A stretch of DNA of 64,000 bases from Candidatus Babeliales bacterium (GTDB lineage Bacteria > Babelota > Babeliae > Babelales > Vermiphilaceae): NCBI GenBank assembly GCA_035288105.1, contig DATEAY010000013.1:6668-70667 (forward strand), read 5' to 3'. The notes under the pieces were generated by a model. The model was not told where the DNA came from, did not search any database, and saw only the letters and a program-made list of their open reading frames with translations. The position numbers were made by a program, and so were the translations under genes. This document shows positions 39,195-49,324 of this stretch, piece by piece. Position 1 is the stretch's first letter. The number at the start of each line of letters is the position of its first letter.

Positions 39195-41627
39195 CTAACT
39201 GCTTAGAAAAGGATTAGGGTCGTCCTTAACAATATTCTTCAAATCAGGCAATTGTTCTATTTTATTTTCAGCAATAGAAATGCCCGCTTTTCGTGTTATT
39301 GGGTCAGAGCTATCGATAGTATCAAAATCAGGATTTTCTGATTTTTTTAAATCTTTATCTTGGATGGTATTTTTTCGCGCAGCAAGATTTTCATCTTTTT
39401 CACTAAATTTATCTAAAATTTCTGCTGTAGGAATTGGATCTTTAAAGAACCATCGTGTGATAGGATCTTTAAGAGAATCAAACAAATCTCCCCGTGAATA
39501 ATCTTTTGCAATATCAATGTAGTCTTGCGTGTATTCATTAATTCCTGCCCGCAGGCGAGGTTCAACAATCGTAGGTGAAATAAAAACAGTAAGGTTGTTT
39601 TTTCTTATATTGTTACTTTTTCGTTTGAAGAACCACCCAATTATTGGAATTTTTCCTAGTATTGGTGTTTCTGCAATAGTGCTAGTGGTGGTTGTTCTTA
39701 TTAGCCCACCCAGAGCAAAAATACCACCACTCTTTACATTAGCATTTGTCTCAAGTTTTCGAATGTTCTTAACGTTATTAGGACCATCTTGCCATTCATT
39801 TATATCAATAAAAACTTGCAAGTTAACTGTATTTGCTGTGCTAATGCGGGGGGTAATTTTAACTCTAAGATCAGCGGAAATAGGTTCAAACTTAATTGTT
39901 GTTGCACCACCATAATAATTGCTTGCAACATCTTTTACTTTGTCCTTGAGCCAGCGTGTTTGGCCAATAGAAACAATCGCTTCTTTGTTATGTCGTGTCA
40001 TAACATGGGGATGAGAAAGTATTTTTGAGTTAGAGAATAATTGTAGTAATTCCCAAATGCTCCAGGTGCTTCCATTATTATCATTTAATGAAAGTAGGGT
40101 GGTCCCAGCAGCAGCAAAGTCTGCAAGATTGTTTGTACCAGGAGAAGGATTTTCAAGAGCACTACTAGCTTTATAGGCATTTTTGAGAAGATCAGATTCA
40201 ATAGTGGTGGTTGCTACTGGAGGAAGTTCGCTTGGAATTGGCTGACCAAGCATTGCTGCCTGAAATTCTATATCGTCAGGCAGAGGCACTTTATCAGGCA
40301 TACGAGTCATCGCTCCTAATAAGCGTGCATCATCGACAGTTAAGTCTGCTATGAGTACTTCAATAAGAACCTGTTTTTGTGGAATATCTAATTCTTCAAT
40401 AAGCTTTTTTATTTGTTTCCAATCATCATTACGAGCAGCAATAACCAAATTATTACCTCCGTAAGAGATAAAACGTTGTTGTCCAATTTCAGTATTGGCT
40501 TCATCTTTGCCCAGATCTATTGGGCTATCAGTGTAAACAATTACTTTATCAAAAAAGCGTTCAACACCACCGCCTTTTTGCTCTCCTGCGCTTGCTTGGC
40601 TTGGTCCACCATTCTCTCCTCCTCCGCCTTGTACTATTTTTTGCAATACGGGAGCAAGATCGCGTGCATCAAGATATTGTAAATGGTAGACATGTAATAT
40701 TGATTCGCCTGTATCAGGAGCAACATCTATATATTTTTTGATAAAATCTTTTAAGCGTTCAACTGCTTGAGGCCGACCAAGTATGATAAGTTTATTCAAA
40801 TTATTCAAAGTGACTGGAACTATTTTGGTAAATCCAGAAAAATATGGTATTTCTTTTGCTTTTTTTGTATCAAGTCTATAAGGATTGGCGTTTTCTGATT
40901 TGATTAATTCTTTATTGATCAATTCTGCTACCAAATATGCAGAGGTGTGATGAAGGGAGATGATATCAACTTTTTCTTGAAAGCTCACTTGATCAAGTTC
41001 CATAATAATTTTCATAGCAGAGCGAATGTCATTCGCTTTTGCTATTAATAACAATCCGTTAGTGACAGAGTCTGCTTTTATCAAAGTATTTTTAGGTAAA
41101 AGATCTTTTAATATACCGTTTAACTCATTTTCTGGTTGATCAGAAACCTTTATGTTTGCAAGATAATAAAGATAACGAATTGGTTGATCAGTATTTGGTA
41201 AATCATCGGGATTAACGCCTATATAGGTTGGCATTGGTTCGCGCGATATTTCTTCTCCACTTTTGACAATTCTCATGATAGAGCCTTGTGGAACTATGAA
41301 AAATCCGGCAACATCTAGTAACGTATCAAGAAGGTTCCAAGCTTGAGCCAGAGGGATTTTTTTCTCTATGTGAAGTGTTACTTTTGTGTTTAGAGTTTCC
41401 CCTGGTGGAAAAATAACATTGACGTTTTTTAAAGCAGCTAATTGATTAATAATATTGGAAAGGTCTTCATTTTCGTAACTAAAAAGTACATCGGGAGTTT
41501 CTTGTTCTGTTGCAATTTCCTCAATGTCATCTGCTGTCTCTTGGCAATGAATTAGTGAGCCCGCACAAATGCTAAGGATGATAAAAGAAAAAAAGAGTTT
41601 TTGTTTCACAATATTTATTATTTTCAT
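39195..41627 (-). CDS. secretin (GspD/PilQ superfamily), copy 2
   Basis: C-terminal secretin signature GGIFALGGLIRTTTTSTIAETPILGKIPIIGWFFKRKSNNIRKNNLTVFISPTIV. N0-like start LFSYENEDLSNIINQLA... and repeated N-domain pattern. Signal peptide present. Confidence 0.85.
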   Translation of the reverse strand: MKIINIVKQKLFFSFIILSICAGSLIHCQETADDIEEIATEQETPDVLFSYENEDLSNIINQLAALKNVNVIFPPGETLNTKVTLHIEKKIPLAQAWNLLDTLLDVAGFFIVPQGSIMRIVKSGEEISREPMPTYIGVNPDDLPNTDQPIRYLYYLANIKVSDQPENELNGILKDLLPKNTLIKADSVTNGLLLIAKANDIRSAMKIIMELDQVSFQEKVDIISLHHTSAYLVAELINKELIKSENANPYRLDTKKAKEIPYFSGFTKIVPVTLNNLNKLIILGRPQAVERLKDFIKKYIDVAPDTGESILHVYHLQYLDARDLAPVLQKIVQGGGGENGGPSQASAGEQKGGGVERFFDKVIVYTDSPIDLGKDEANTEIGQQRFISYGGNNLVIAARNDDWKQIKKLIEELDIPQKQVLIEVLIADLTVDDARLLGAMTRMPDKVPLPDDIEFQAAMLGQPIPSELPPVATTTIESDLLKNAYKASSALENPSPGTNNLADFAAAGTTLLSLNDNNGSTWSIWELLQLFSNSKILSHPHVMTRHNKEAIVSIGQTRWLKDKVKDVASNYYGGATTIKFEPISADLRVKITPRISTANTVNLQVFIDINEWQDGPNNVKNIRKLETNANVKSGGIFALGGLIRTTTTSTIAETPILGKIPIIGWFFKRKSNNIRKNNLTVFISPTIVEPRLRAGINEYTQDYIDIAKDYSRGDLFDSLKDPITRWFFKDPIPTAEILDKFSEKDENLAARKNTIQDKDLKKSENPDFDTIDSSDPITRKAGISIAENKIEQLPDLKNIVKDDPNPFLSS

Positions 41628-41640
41628 TTACCTTGACTCC

Positions 41641-42204
41641 TTAGATGGAGGTACTTTCTATTTTTGGTAATAATGTCGAAATAGCCAGACCAACTTCAAT
41701 TGTTTTAGGTTTCTTTTTTGATTTAGTTATTTCAAGTCGATTTGTAGCTACGCGTGGATTTTGTTCAATTTTTTCTAATAATCTTGTTAAGTCTTGCATT
41801 GTCATGCCTTCAAATTTTGCACTCAATTCACTTTTTCGATAATTTTCTTCAAGATCTGTTGTTGTGATTTCTTCGGCAACTTCTTTATCTTTTAAGTTAA
41901 GTTCTAGTAACAGATCTTTAAAATAACCGGCAATTTTAAAATTAGGATCTTTGGCAAGAATTTCTTCAACTATTAACTGTTGTTGTTTGATTAGCGCATA
42001 TTTTTCTAGTATTTCCAAAACTTCTTCGCGAGTAGCATTAATGTTTTTTATCTTTTTTTGTAACGCATTTGTTGAGCTGTAATAGTACACAATAATAAGA
42101 ACAACGAGCACCACACACGTAGCACTATAACCGATTATATAGGTGTAAAAAGTTTTTAAGTCAGTTTTGTTAATAAAACTTTTTATTGGGTCTAGTAGCT
42201 TCAT
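41641..42204 (-). CDS. bitopic membrane protein, PilO/GspM-like
   Basis: Short cytoplasmic N-terminus, one TM (YIIGYSATCVVLVVLIIVYYY), a coiled coil, then a small periplasmic domain. Position and 4-nt start overlap with the upstream PilM/N-like gene. Confidence 0.4.
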   Translation of the reverse strand: MKLLDPIKSFINKTDLKTFYTYIIGYSATCVVLVVLIIVYYYSSTNALQKKIKNINATREEVLEILEKYALIKQQQLIVEEILAKDPNFKIAGYFKDLLLELNLKDKEVAEEITTTDLEENYRKSELSAKFEGMTMQDLTRLLEKIEQNPRVATNRLEITKSKKKPKTIEVGLAISTLLPKIESTSI

Positions 42205-43829
42205 AAAGGTTCCTCGCTACCGGTAGCTAATGTTAGTTTCATAGTAAATTGTGGCGTTTCTGGCGATTCAAGTGGGCGAAGCATTTTTGATTGTTCTAGT
42301 TCGCGTTCAAGAACTTTAAGTGCATCGTGATCTCTTACTTCAGCCTTAAGAGTTAAGATTCCTTCTGCTATAGTAATTTGATCGATTTTAAGGTCGATGC
42401 TTTTTCTGTCAATTTTTGAAGATAATTCAAGAAGGTATTGTAAAAATGATGCACGAGATTGATTTGAGAAGGCAAACCATCTTTTTTGTTGTTCTATTAC
42501 CTCTTTATTAGCGTCGTCAATAAGTTCTTCATCCAATAGTTTTGCATCTTCTAAATTTTTGAATGTTGTTGTAAGAGCAGAGAGTGCTTCTTGCTCAGAT
42601 GCAGCCATTTCTTTTTGAAGTTTACTTGTTTGTAGAGAATAATGAGTTATGAGTGCTGCAAATAATCCTATGGTAAGAACAACAAGCACAACTAATTGTT
42701 TCAGAAGCAATGAGTTGTCTTGTGTGATAAATTCCTTTTGAATGAGGTTGTAATCAACGGTTGTAGGCAGTGGTAATGTAGCGCTTGCACTAATAATATT
42801 GGCGGGTGTAATGAGGTTGCTATTATTAATGACGCACGATGGATCATTTCCCATTCCTTCAACATTGAATAGTTCGCAGCTGACTCCTGTCTTTTGTCCA
42901 ATAAATGGAACAAGACCTTTAATAAGCGATCCATTGCCAAGAAAAATAATTTTTGTCATTGGTTGTTTATTTAATAATTGTGTGCTGAATGAGTTCAGCG
43001 TAAAGTGAACAGAATCCCACCAATCTGCAACCATTTTTTCTATGGCTGGCGAATGTTCGTTGGTTTCCAGTCCAAATCGCACAAGATGTTCTACTGTTTC
43101 TTGTGGAGACTTATTAAGCTCTTGAGCAATTTGTTTAGTAAGTGCAACAATGCCTTTTGGTAGAGTACGTATTGTTTTCAGTTGTCCGTTAATCATGAGA
43201 GCGATAGCTGTTGAATGAGCAGTAATATTAATCAGTACAGTACCGCCTTGTAGTTGTTTATAAGCATCAATGTGTTTGTAGAGTCCGTAGACAGAAATCA
43301 TATCAACAGTAATAACTTCTGGTTTTATTCCCACAGCTTCAAACAGAGCTAAGTGTTGAATTATCTGTTGTTTTTGAACGGCAGTAACTAAAATTTCTGA
43401 GCTTTTTTCTTCAGGGATTTCTCTTGTTATAATAAAATCAACTGCAGCATCACGGAGAGAAAATGGTAAAAGTGGCTCTATTTCAAAACCTACGATCATG
43501 CTAATTTTATCGCGTGAGGTAAACGGAAGTTTCAGTTCTTTAAATACAACAATAGAGCTTGGCAATATCGTATGTATTTCGTCATAGTTACCAATCTTGG
43601 AAAAAATTGCAGTTAACGCTGGCGAAGTTCGATCGAAATCTTCTTCCGATACTTCTTCTGATATTTTTTCTTCAACAATCAATTCTATGGTACTCGTGGT
43701 GCCTTTGATACGAGTTTTTGTCGCAATGATATGTGTTTTATTAATTTCAATACCAACAACAATTTTTGAAAAAAGATAATAAGATTTTATTTTTTCTGGT
43801 AAAAAAATATCTTTAATCAACGCGCTCAT
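42201..43829 (-). CDS. PilM-like actin-fold domain fused to a TM plus PilN-like periplasmic region (GspL-like architecture)
   Basis: VVGIEINKTHIIA..., ILPSSIVVFKELKLPF, FEAVGIKPEVITVDMISVYGL match the PilM pattern. TM LVVLVVLTIGLFAALITHY at about aa 375-395, then a coiled coil. Confidence 0.6.
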   Translation of the reverse strand: MSALIKDIFLPEKIKSYYLFSKIVVGIEINKTHIIATKTRIKGTTSTIELIVEEKISEEVSEEDFDRTSPALTAIFSKIGNYDEIHTILPSSIVVFKELKLPFTSRDKISMIVGFEIEPLLPFSLRDAAVDFIITREIPEEKSSEILVTAVQKQQIIQHLALFEAVGIKPEVITVDMISVYGLYKHIDAYKQLQGGTVLINITAHSTAIALMINGQLKTIRTLPKGIVALTKQIAQELNKSPQETVEHLVRFGLETNEHSPAIEKMVADWWDSVHFTLNSFSTQLLNKQPMTKIIFLGNGSLIKGLVPFIGQKTGVSCELFNVEGMGNDPSCVINNSNLITPANIISASATLPLPTTVDYNLIQKEFITQDNSLLLKQLVVLVVLTIGLFAALITHYSLQTSKLQKEMAASEQEALSALTTTFKNLEDAKLLDEELIDDANKEVIEQQKRWFAFSNQSRASFLQYLLELSSKIDRKSIDLKIDQITIAEGILTLKAEVRDHDALKVLERELEQSKMLRPLESPETPQFTMKLTLATGSEEPL

Positions 43830-46405
43830 GTTTGTGTCTCCTTGTCACGCAAGAATTGTGCCAGAGATAATTGTGTGCGCTTTTTGTTGTGCATAGTTTC
43901 TATAAGGCTATTGTGTGCTTGTCCACTTGTTTCTTTCAATTTTTCAGAAGATGCTTTATTTGCTATTTCTGCAGCTTCTGCTTGTTGGATGAGTGTAGCT
44001 TGTTCTTTTTTTGCTTGGCGTTCAAAAATAAGTCCTTCTACAGATCCTTTTGCTCTGTCGGCTTTATCTTGGAAAAATAGTCTATGAATAGGATCGCGAT
44101 TAACTGCGGTGGATTCCATATAATTGATAGTATTTTGGTAGTCATTAATATGTTCACTGGTGAACGCTTTCATTTCTTCTCCCTTATTTGACTCAATGAT
44201 GCTTGTTGAGATAAGAACGAGAAGGCTCTGTTTGATATTTATTTTACGTTTATTTTTAAAGAACCAACCAAGGATTGGGATGTCGCCAAGTATAGGAACC
44301 TTTGTTTCTAGGTTTTGTATATTATTTCTAATTAAACCACCAAGTGCGAGAACTTCTTTGTTGGCAACAATAGCATTTGTATAGATCTCGCGAGTATTTT
44401 GTGTTGCGTTTGCTCCTGATGCAGAAGTTGCACTATTATCTGGATTAGCAAAATCGTTAATGGTAATTTTTATAGTAAGTGCTATCATTCCATCAGAGTT
44501 AATTTGTGGAGTAATGGTAACTTCAAGCAACGCATTATTGGCATCAAAAGCATTCTGCCTGGTATCTGTTGCTACAATTTCACTCGTAATAATACGACGT
44601 TGCTCACCAATTGAAACGGTTGCTTTTGCATTGTTGGTTGCAAGTATAAATGGGTTCGATACAACTTCTGCATCAGTAATTGTTTGTAATGCCTGGAATG
44701 CTCCCCATACACCAAAAGCATCTTTGCCAAGAGTAAGGAATGTTGTTCCAGGGACAGCTCCGATAACAAGATTGACAAGGTTGCCAAGTAATCTTTCTGC
44801 TCCTGTTACAGCATTACCAGGGCGTGTTACGACAGGAGAATCTCCAAACATCCCTGATGTTTGGAATTTAATATTGTTGCCAAGAAGACCATTAGGACCA
44901 GGTTCCTTGCTTCTTATTTGAGCTCCAAGATTTTTTGTGTCATTAAGATCTACTGATGCGATTAAAACCTCAATAGCTGCTTGCGGTTGCTTTGCATCAA
45001 GCTGTTTAATAATTTTTTCTGCTTTTATGTAGTCATCGTAATGACCTTTTATAATGATTCTATTTGTTTCTTTTTCAGCAATAAATGCCATTGGTCGCAT
45101 GTATTGATCTACTCCACGTACACCACCAAATGTTCCTGCAGCTGTTCCTGCGCCAAAAGCCGTAACTTTAGACATAATGTCAACAATTGTTTCAGCATCA
45201 GCATATTTAAGTTGATAGGTGTACAAAGGGGAATATGATTGATCAAGCTCAACATCAATATATTTTACAATGAAATGTTCAATCTTTTTAATTGCGGTTT
45301 GAGGTCCGAGCAATATAAGAGTATTTGTTCTTGGGTCAGCAATAATACGTGTATTTTCGGGAAAGAAAAGAGATGTCGGCTGCTTTTTTGTAAAAAATCG
45401 TGATGTTGTTTCTTCTTTAGGCAAAAGTTCTTGATATAATTTTTGTACTGCATCTGCATCAGCATTGCGTAGTTTGAGAATGGACATTGATTCTGGAACG
45501 CTTACTTTATCAAGTTCTCTGACAATAGCCATAAGCATTTTGATGTTATATGCCTTATCGGTGAGAATAAAGCCTTTATGTTCTCTGAGTGCGATAAGGC
45601 CTTGCGAGCTGCTGCTACGCAATGGTCCAACAATTTCCATGATGGTATCTACTGATGCATTTTCTAAAAAATAAACATAACGAATTAATTCATCCGTATC
45701 GGGCAATGTTTTATAATCAACACCAATAAACGTTGGCAGCGGAGATTTTCTCGCAGCATCTATTGTAGTAATACGAAAAATTTTTGGATCTGCTTGAGGT
45801 GTGATTGCAAATCCAGCTATATCAAGAAACGTAACAAAAAGATTCCACGATTCTTTTTTAGAAAGCGGTATGTTTGTTTTGAATGATATCTTGTTATTTT
45901 TTATTGCTTTTTTACCCTGCGGAAGTGGTGAAAGAGCATCGTCACTAATAAAGGTAACTTCAAAGATATCTTCAATTTGTTTAACAAAATTTTGAAGATC
46001 TGCGTTTTCAAAATTAAGCTCTATACTATCTTCTTCATCTTCACTAACAGTAAGAGGCATCTCTACTGGTTGTGTTGCTTTATCAACAGTAGCAGGACTT
46101 TTTGGACTCACAAATGGATCATCATATTGTACAATAGGTTGTTGTAATTTATTTTGTAATTGCGGAGCACCTGTTGCGTTTGCAGCGGCATTAGGCCTTT
46201 GAGCAAAACTGGTAGAGGTGCTCGTTACAGTTTGTGCTTTAGTTGGCGCAGTTTGGCTTACGTATGCATCAATATTCATATGAGTATTAACGCTTTTATC
46301 TGTCGATTTTTTTTTGCGATAGCGTTTTCTACTTCCCGTTTCTGTTATACTCATAACGGTTGCAAGAATAAAAACAAAACAGAAATGAACTCTAAATTTA
46401 TTCAT
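43826..46405 (-). CDS. secretin (GspD/PilQ superfamily), copy 1
   Basis: VLALGGLIRNNIQNLETKVPILGDIPILGWFFKNKRKINIKQSLLVLISTSII. N0-like IELNFENADLQNFVKQIEDIF.... Signal peptide and a long Ser/Thr/Ala/Gln linker. Confidence 0.85.
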   Translation of the reverse strand: MNKFRVHFCFVFILATVMSITETGSRKRYRKKKSTDKSVNTHMNIDAYVSQTAPTKAQTVTSTSTSFAQRPNAAANATGAPQLQNKLQQPIVQYDDPFVSPKSPATVDKATQPVEMPLTVSEDEEDSIELNFENADLQNFVKQIEDIFEVTFISDDALSPLPQGKKAIKNNKISFKTNIPLSKKESWNLFVTFLDIAGFAITPQADPKIFRITTIDAARKSPLPTFIGVDYKTLPDTDELIRYVYFLENASVDTIMEIVGPLRSSSSQGLIALREHKGFILTDKAYNIKMLMAIVRELDKVSVPESMSILKLRNADADAVQKLYQELLPKEETTSRFFTKKQPTSLFFPENTRIIADPRTNTLILLGPQTAIKKIEHFIVKYIDVELDQSYSPLYTYQLKYADAETIVDIMSKVTAFGAGTAAGTFGGVRGVDQYMRPMAFIAEKETNRIIIKGHYDDYIKAEKIIKQLDAKQPQAAIEVLIASVDLNDTKNLGAQIRSKEPGPNGLLGNNIKFQTSGMFGDSPVVTRPGNAVTGAERLLGNLVNLVIGAVPGTTFLTLGKDAFGVWGAFQALQTITDAEVVSNPFILATNNAKATVSIGEQRRIITSEIVATDTRQNAFDANNALLEVTITPQINSDGMIALTIKITINDFANPDNSATSASGANATQNTREIYTNAIVANKEVLALGGLIRNNIQNLETKVPILGDIPILGWFFKNKRKINIKQSLLVLISTSIIESNKGEEMKAFTSEHINDYQNTINYMESTAVNRDPIHRLFFQDKADRAKGSVEGLIFERQAKKEQATLIQQAEAAEIANKASSEKLKETSGQAHNSLIETMHNKKRTQLSLAQFLRDKETQT

Positions 46406-46420
46406 ATTTTTTTACTCAAT

Positions 46421-47521
46421 TCAACTGCTACTATGCATTGGAGCGCTGCCTTTTTGGAACATCATTTGATGATCTGCTTTTTTTATTTTATCTACAGTAG
46501 GAGCAAATGCATAATGTTGTTGTCTAATGGTGTCATTTTTTTTGTGCAAAAGGAAAGCTGTTTCTTGTTTTTCTTCGATATCATTTTCTTCGTTTTCTAC
46601 TTGCGTGAAGTCTTCCAGAGTATAGACAATAGTAACTTCCTTATTTTTGCGAATGAGTTTTATTGTTACCGTATTTCCAGCTTTGAGTGAGGTAATATTC
46701 TTGTAAATAGCAAGCCGCTCTTCTGTTGTCTGTGCAGGAATACCATTGATAGAGAGAACTATATCACCGTTTTGCAGACCCATCAGTCCACCAAATGGCG
46801 ATTTGCTTAAATTTCCTATTCGTAATCCAACACTTTTTCCTTGTTGATATGCAGTTGTTGCATTCAGAAGATCAATACATTCTGTTAAGTTTTTTATTTG
46901 TTCGGTAAATGATTTAGGATTGATGAGATAATTATTTGGAGTAATTTTTTGAATTACTGTATCCCATTCATGAGCAAGATTATAAGCTGGATCAATTTTT
47001 GCATCCTGTTCTCGCAAGTAGAGCACTTCCTGTTGGCCATTCAATCGCAAGAAAATAATTTTATTTTTAAAGATTCTAATCAGTTGTGCGTCTTGAATAA
47101 GATCACCAACTTTATAGGTTCCTTCTTGCATTGTTTTGTTGTCTTGCACCATAGCTCTATTTTTTGAATCATTAGAACTCACAACAATAATTCCCTTAAG
47201 TGTTATTTGCAAAGGATCAAGAAATTCCGGTTCAACAACAGCAGGGATAGTTATTTTTTGTTGCGCTGGAGGTGGAGGGAAAGGAATGGAAGCTTCAAGT
47301 TGTTTTATTTGAGGAAGGTCTTTAACATACGTTCCAAAAAGATCGTCTTCATATATTTTTTTGATATTGATAGCAACTCTTTGTTCTTTTCTTGGTGATA
47401 ATTGTGCAGGTTCAATGTCTACTCGCTCAGGAATTTTGATGCTTGATACATAAATAAATGCAAAGGCAGCCAGGACTAAAGAAAGTAGTCCAAGATTTAT
47501 GATCCAAAAAGGATGTTTCAT
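46421..47521 (-). CDS. GspC-like protein (TM, HR/PilP-like domain, PDZ domain)
   Basis: TM FWIINLGLLSLVLAAFAFIYV. ITLKGIIVVSSNDSKNRAMVQDNKTMQEGTYKVGDLIQDAQLIRIFKNKIIFLRLNGQQEVLYL (GspC HR/PilP pattern). PDZ-like GLRIGNLSKSPFGGLMGLQNGDIVLSINGIP. Confidence 0.65.
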   Translation of the reverse strand: MKHPFWIINLGLLSLVLAAFAFIYVSSIKIPERVDIEPAQLSPRKEQRVAINIKKIYEDDLFGTYVKDLPQIKQLEASIPFPPPPAQQKITIPAVVEPEFLDPLQITLKGIIVVSSNDSKNRAMVQDNKTMQEGTYKVGDLIQDAQLIRIFKNKIIFLRLNGQQEVLYLREQDAKIDPAYNLAHEWDTVIQKITPNNYLINPKSFTEQIKNLTECIDLLNATTAYQQGKSVGLRIGNLSKSPFGGLMGLQNGDIVLSINGIPAQTTEERLAIYKNITSLKAGNTVTIKLIRKNKEVTIVYTLEDFTQVENEENDIEEKQETAFLLHKKNDTIRQQHYAFAPTVDKIKKADHQMMFQKGSAPMHSSS

Positions 47522-47645
47522 CGGCGATTCCTTGCATTATTTTTTTTACTTTTTTCACAATAACGCTCTTGTCTTATTCTTGTCAAGTATACCAACAGAT
47601 GTTATTTTTACGAAGAATAAGAATTTATAAGAACAAGATATTTCA

Positions 47646-48692
47646 TTATGGTGTAGGAATAGTGCTTATTATTTTCTTAATAATAGTATCTGCAGATACG
47701 TTATCAGCCTCTGCCTCGTATGTTAAGTGTAATCGATGTCGTAATGCTGGAAGACATATTGCTTTAACATCATCAGGAGTTACGTAGTGACGTTTTGCTA
47801 AAAATGCGTGTGTTTTTGCTGCATGATACAGAGCAAGTGTTGCTCGTGGTGAAACACCATAACTAATATATGAAGTAAGATCATTCAGTTTATAATCAGC
47901 TGGTTTGCGTGTTGCAAAAACAATAGCAACGATATAGTTGATTATTTTTTCGTCTACATAAATTGATTGAGTAAGTTTTTGTGATTCTAGAATGTCGTTT
48001 TTTGTTAATACTTGCGAAATTGTGTTGGTGCTCAGTGAGCGATATAAAATTTCACGTTCTTCAAATATGGTAGGATAATCAACATGTATCTTGAACAAAA
48101 ATCGATCTAATTGTGCTTCGGGTAAACGATACGTACCTTCTTGTTCAACGGGATTTTGTGTTGCAAAAACTAAAAATGGTGTATCAAGTTTGTAGGTATG
48201 AGAACCAATGGTAACTTGTTGTTCTTGCATGGCTTCGAGCAATGCAGCTTGCACTTTTGCAGGGGCACGATTGATTTCATCAGCTAGGACCAAATTTGCA
48301 AAAATAGGTCCTTTTTTTGTTTCAAAATCATGTGTTTTTGGATTGAAGATTAACGTACCGATTAAATCTGACGGTAACAAATCTGGGGTGAACTGAATTC
48401 TATTAAAAGAAAGTCCGAGTGCAGATGCAACGGCTTTAATCATTGTTGTTTTTGCAACACCAGGAACACCTTCGAGCAATATGTGTCCTTTGCACAAAAT
48501 GGCATTAACTATTAGGTTAATAATATGATGTTGCCCAACAATGACCTTACTAATCTCTGTTGGTAGATCGTTGAAACGGTTACTTTCTAATTTTATTTGT
48601 TCAATGTCGGCTTGATTTGGCATTACACTGTTTATCATAGTAATATCTTTTTTAAAAAAATAATCATGGTAACTTATAGTATACGTTAACAT
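47646..48692 (-). CDS. MoxR-family AAA+ ATPase
   Basis: ILLEGVPGVAKTT, LADEINRAPAKVQAALLEAMQE, GTYRLPEAQLDRF. The true start is probably the internal MINSVMPNQ (about 48638). Confidence 0.9.
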   Translation of the reverse strand: MLTYTISYHDYFFKKDITMINSVMPNQADIEQIKLESNRFNDLPTEISKVIVGQHHIINLIVNAILCKGHILLEGVPGVAKTTMIKAVASALGLSFNRIQFTPDLLPSDLIGTLIFNPKTHDFETKKGPIFANLVLADEINRAPAKVQAALLEAMQEQQVTIGSHTYKLDTPFLVFATQNPVEQEGTYRLPEAQLDRFLFKIHVDYPTIFEEREILYRSLSTNTISQVLTKNDILESQKLTQSIYVDEKIINYIVAIVFATRKPADYKLNDLTSYISYGVSPRATLALYHAAKTHAFLAKRHYVTPDDVKAICLPALRHRLHLTYEAEADNVSADTIIKKIISTIPTP

Positions 48693-48701
48693 TATCTTTA
48701 A

Positions 48702-49247
48702 ATGAGTTCAATAAGGAGCGTTATGATTCTTTCAGGAAACGAAATTAGACGACGTTTAGGTAAAGAGCTTTTTATAGAGCCATTCAATCAATCACAACTT
48801 GGCCCAAATAGTTATAATTTACGCTTGCATAATGAACTAGTAGTGTACGATGAACCTTTTCTTGATATGAAGAAAGAGCATCAAATAGCAACAATTACTA
48901 TTCCAGAAGAAGGATTGCTGCTTGAAGCGGGTAAGCTTTACTTAGGCAGAACTGTTGAATACACCAGAACTGATACATTAGTTCCTATGATTGAAGGTCG
49001 TTCTTCAATTGGGCGTCTTGGTTTATTTATTCATGTTACTGCTGGCTTTGGTGATGTTGGGTTTCGTGGGTATTGGACGCTTGAAATATTCTGTGTTCAA
49101 CCAGTTCGCATTTACCCAGGTGTTGAAATATGTCAGATTTTTTATCACACCATTGAAGGTGATTACGCAAAATATTCTAGCAATAAATATCAAAATAATC
49201 GTGGTATTCAACCGAGTATGTTGTACAAGGATTTTCAAAAAGAATAG
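48702..49247 (+). CDS. dcd: dCTP deaminase
   Basis: ILSGNEI..., EGRSSIGRLGLFIHVTAGFGDVGFRGYWTLEI. Confidence 0.85.
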   Translation: MSSIRSVMILSGNEIRRRLGKELFIEPFNQSQLGPNSYNLRLHNELVVYDEPFLDMKKEHQIATITIPEEGLLLEAGKLYLGRTVEYTRTDTLVPMIEGRSSIGRLGLFIHVTAGFGDVGFRGYWTLEIFCVQPVRIYPGVEICQIFYHTIEGDYAKYSSNKYQNNRGIQPSMLYKDFQKE

Positions 49248-49255
49248 TTAAAAAT

Positions 49256-49318
49256 GCGCTCATTCTGAACTTGTTGAAGAATAGCGCTCAAACCCTTCGA
49301 CAAGCTCAGGGCGAGCGG
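49256..49318. repeat. palindromic dispersed element, copy 4 (hybrid type A left arm / type B right arm)
   Basis: GCGCTCATTCTGAACTTGTTGAAGAAT (49256-49282) and CCCTTCGACAAGCTCAGGGCGAGCGG (49293-49318), with a 10-nt loop. Lies between convergent dcd and mlaF. Confidence 0.85.
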
Positions 49319-49324
49319 GATTAA

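Noticed and set aside
44460-46690. Plus-strand ORFs 44460..44921 (153 aa) and 46160..46690 (176 aa), plus many 60-90 aa ORFs antisense to the secretin/GspC genes
   Set aside because: They lie entirely antisense to long genes with clear secretin/GspC motifs. One straddles a gene junction. None shows a recognisable motif or RBS.
47646-48692. MoxR ATPase as part of the secretin operon
   Set aside because: It is separated from the GspC-like gene by a 124-nt gap. MoxR normally partners with VWA/DUF58 proteins, which are absent here, and I know of no established functional link. It is kept as a neighbouring gene only.
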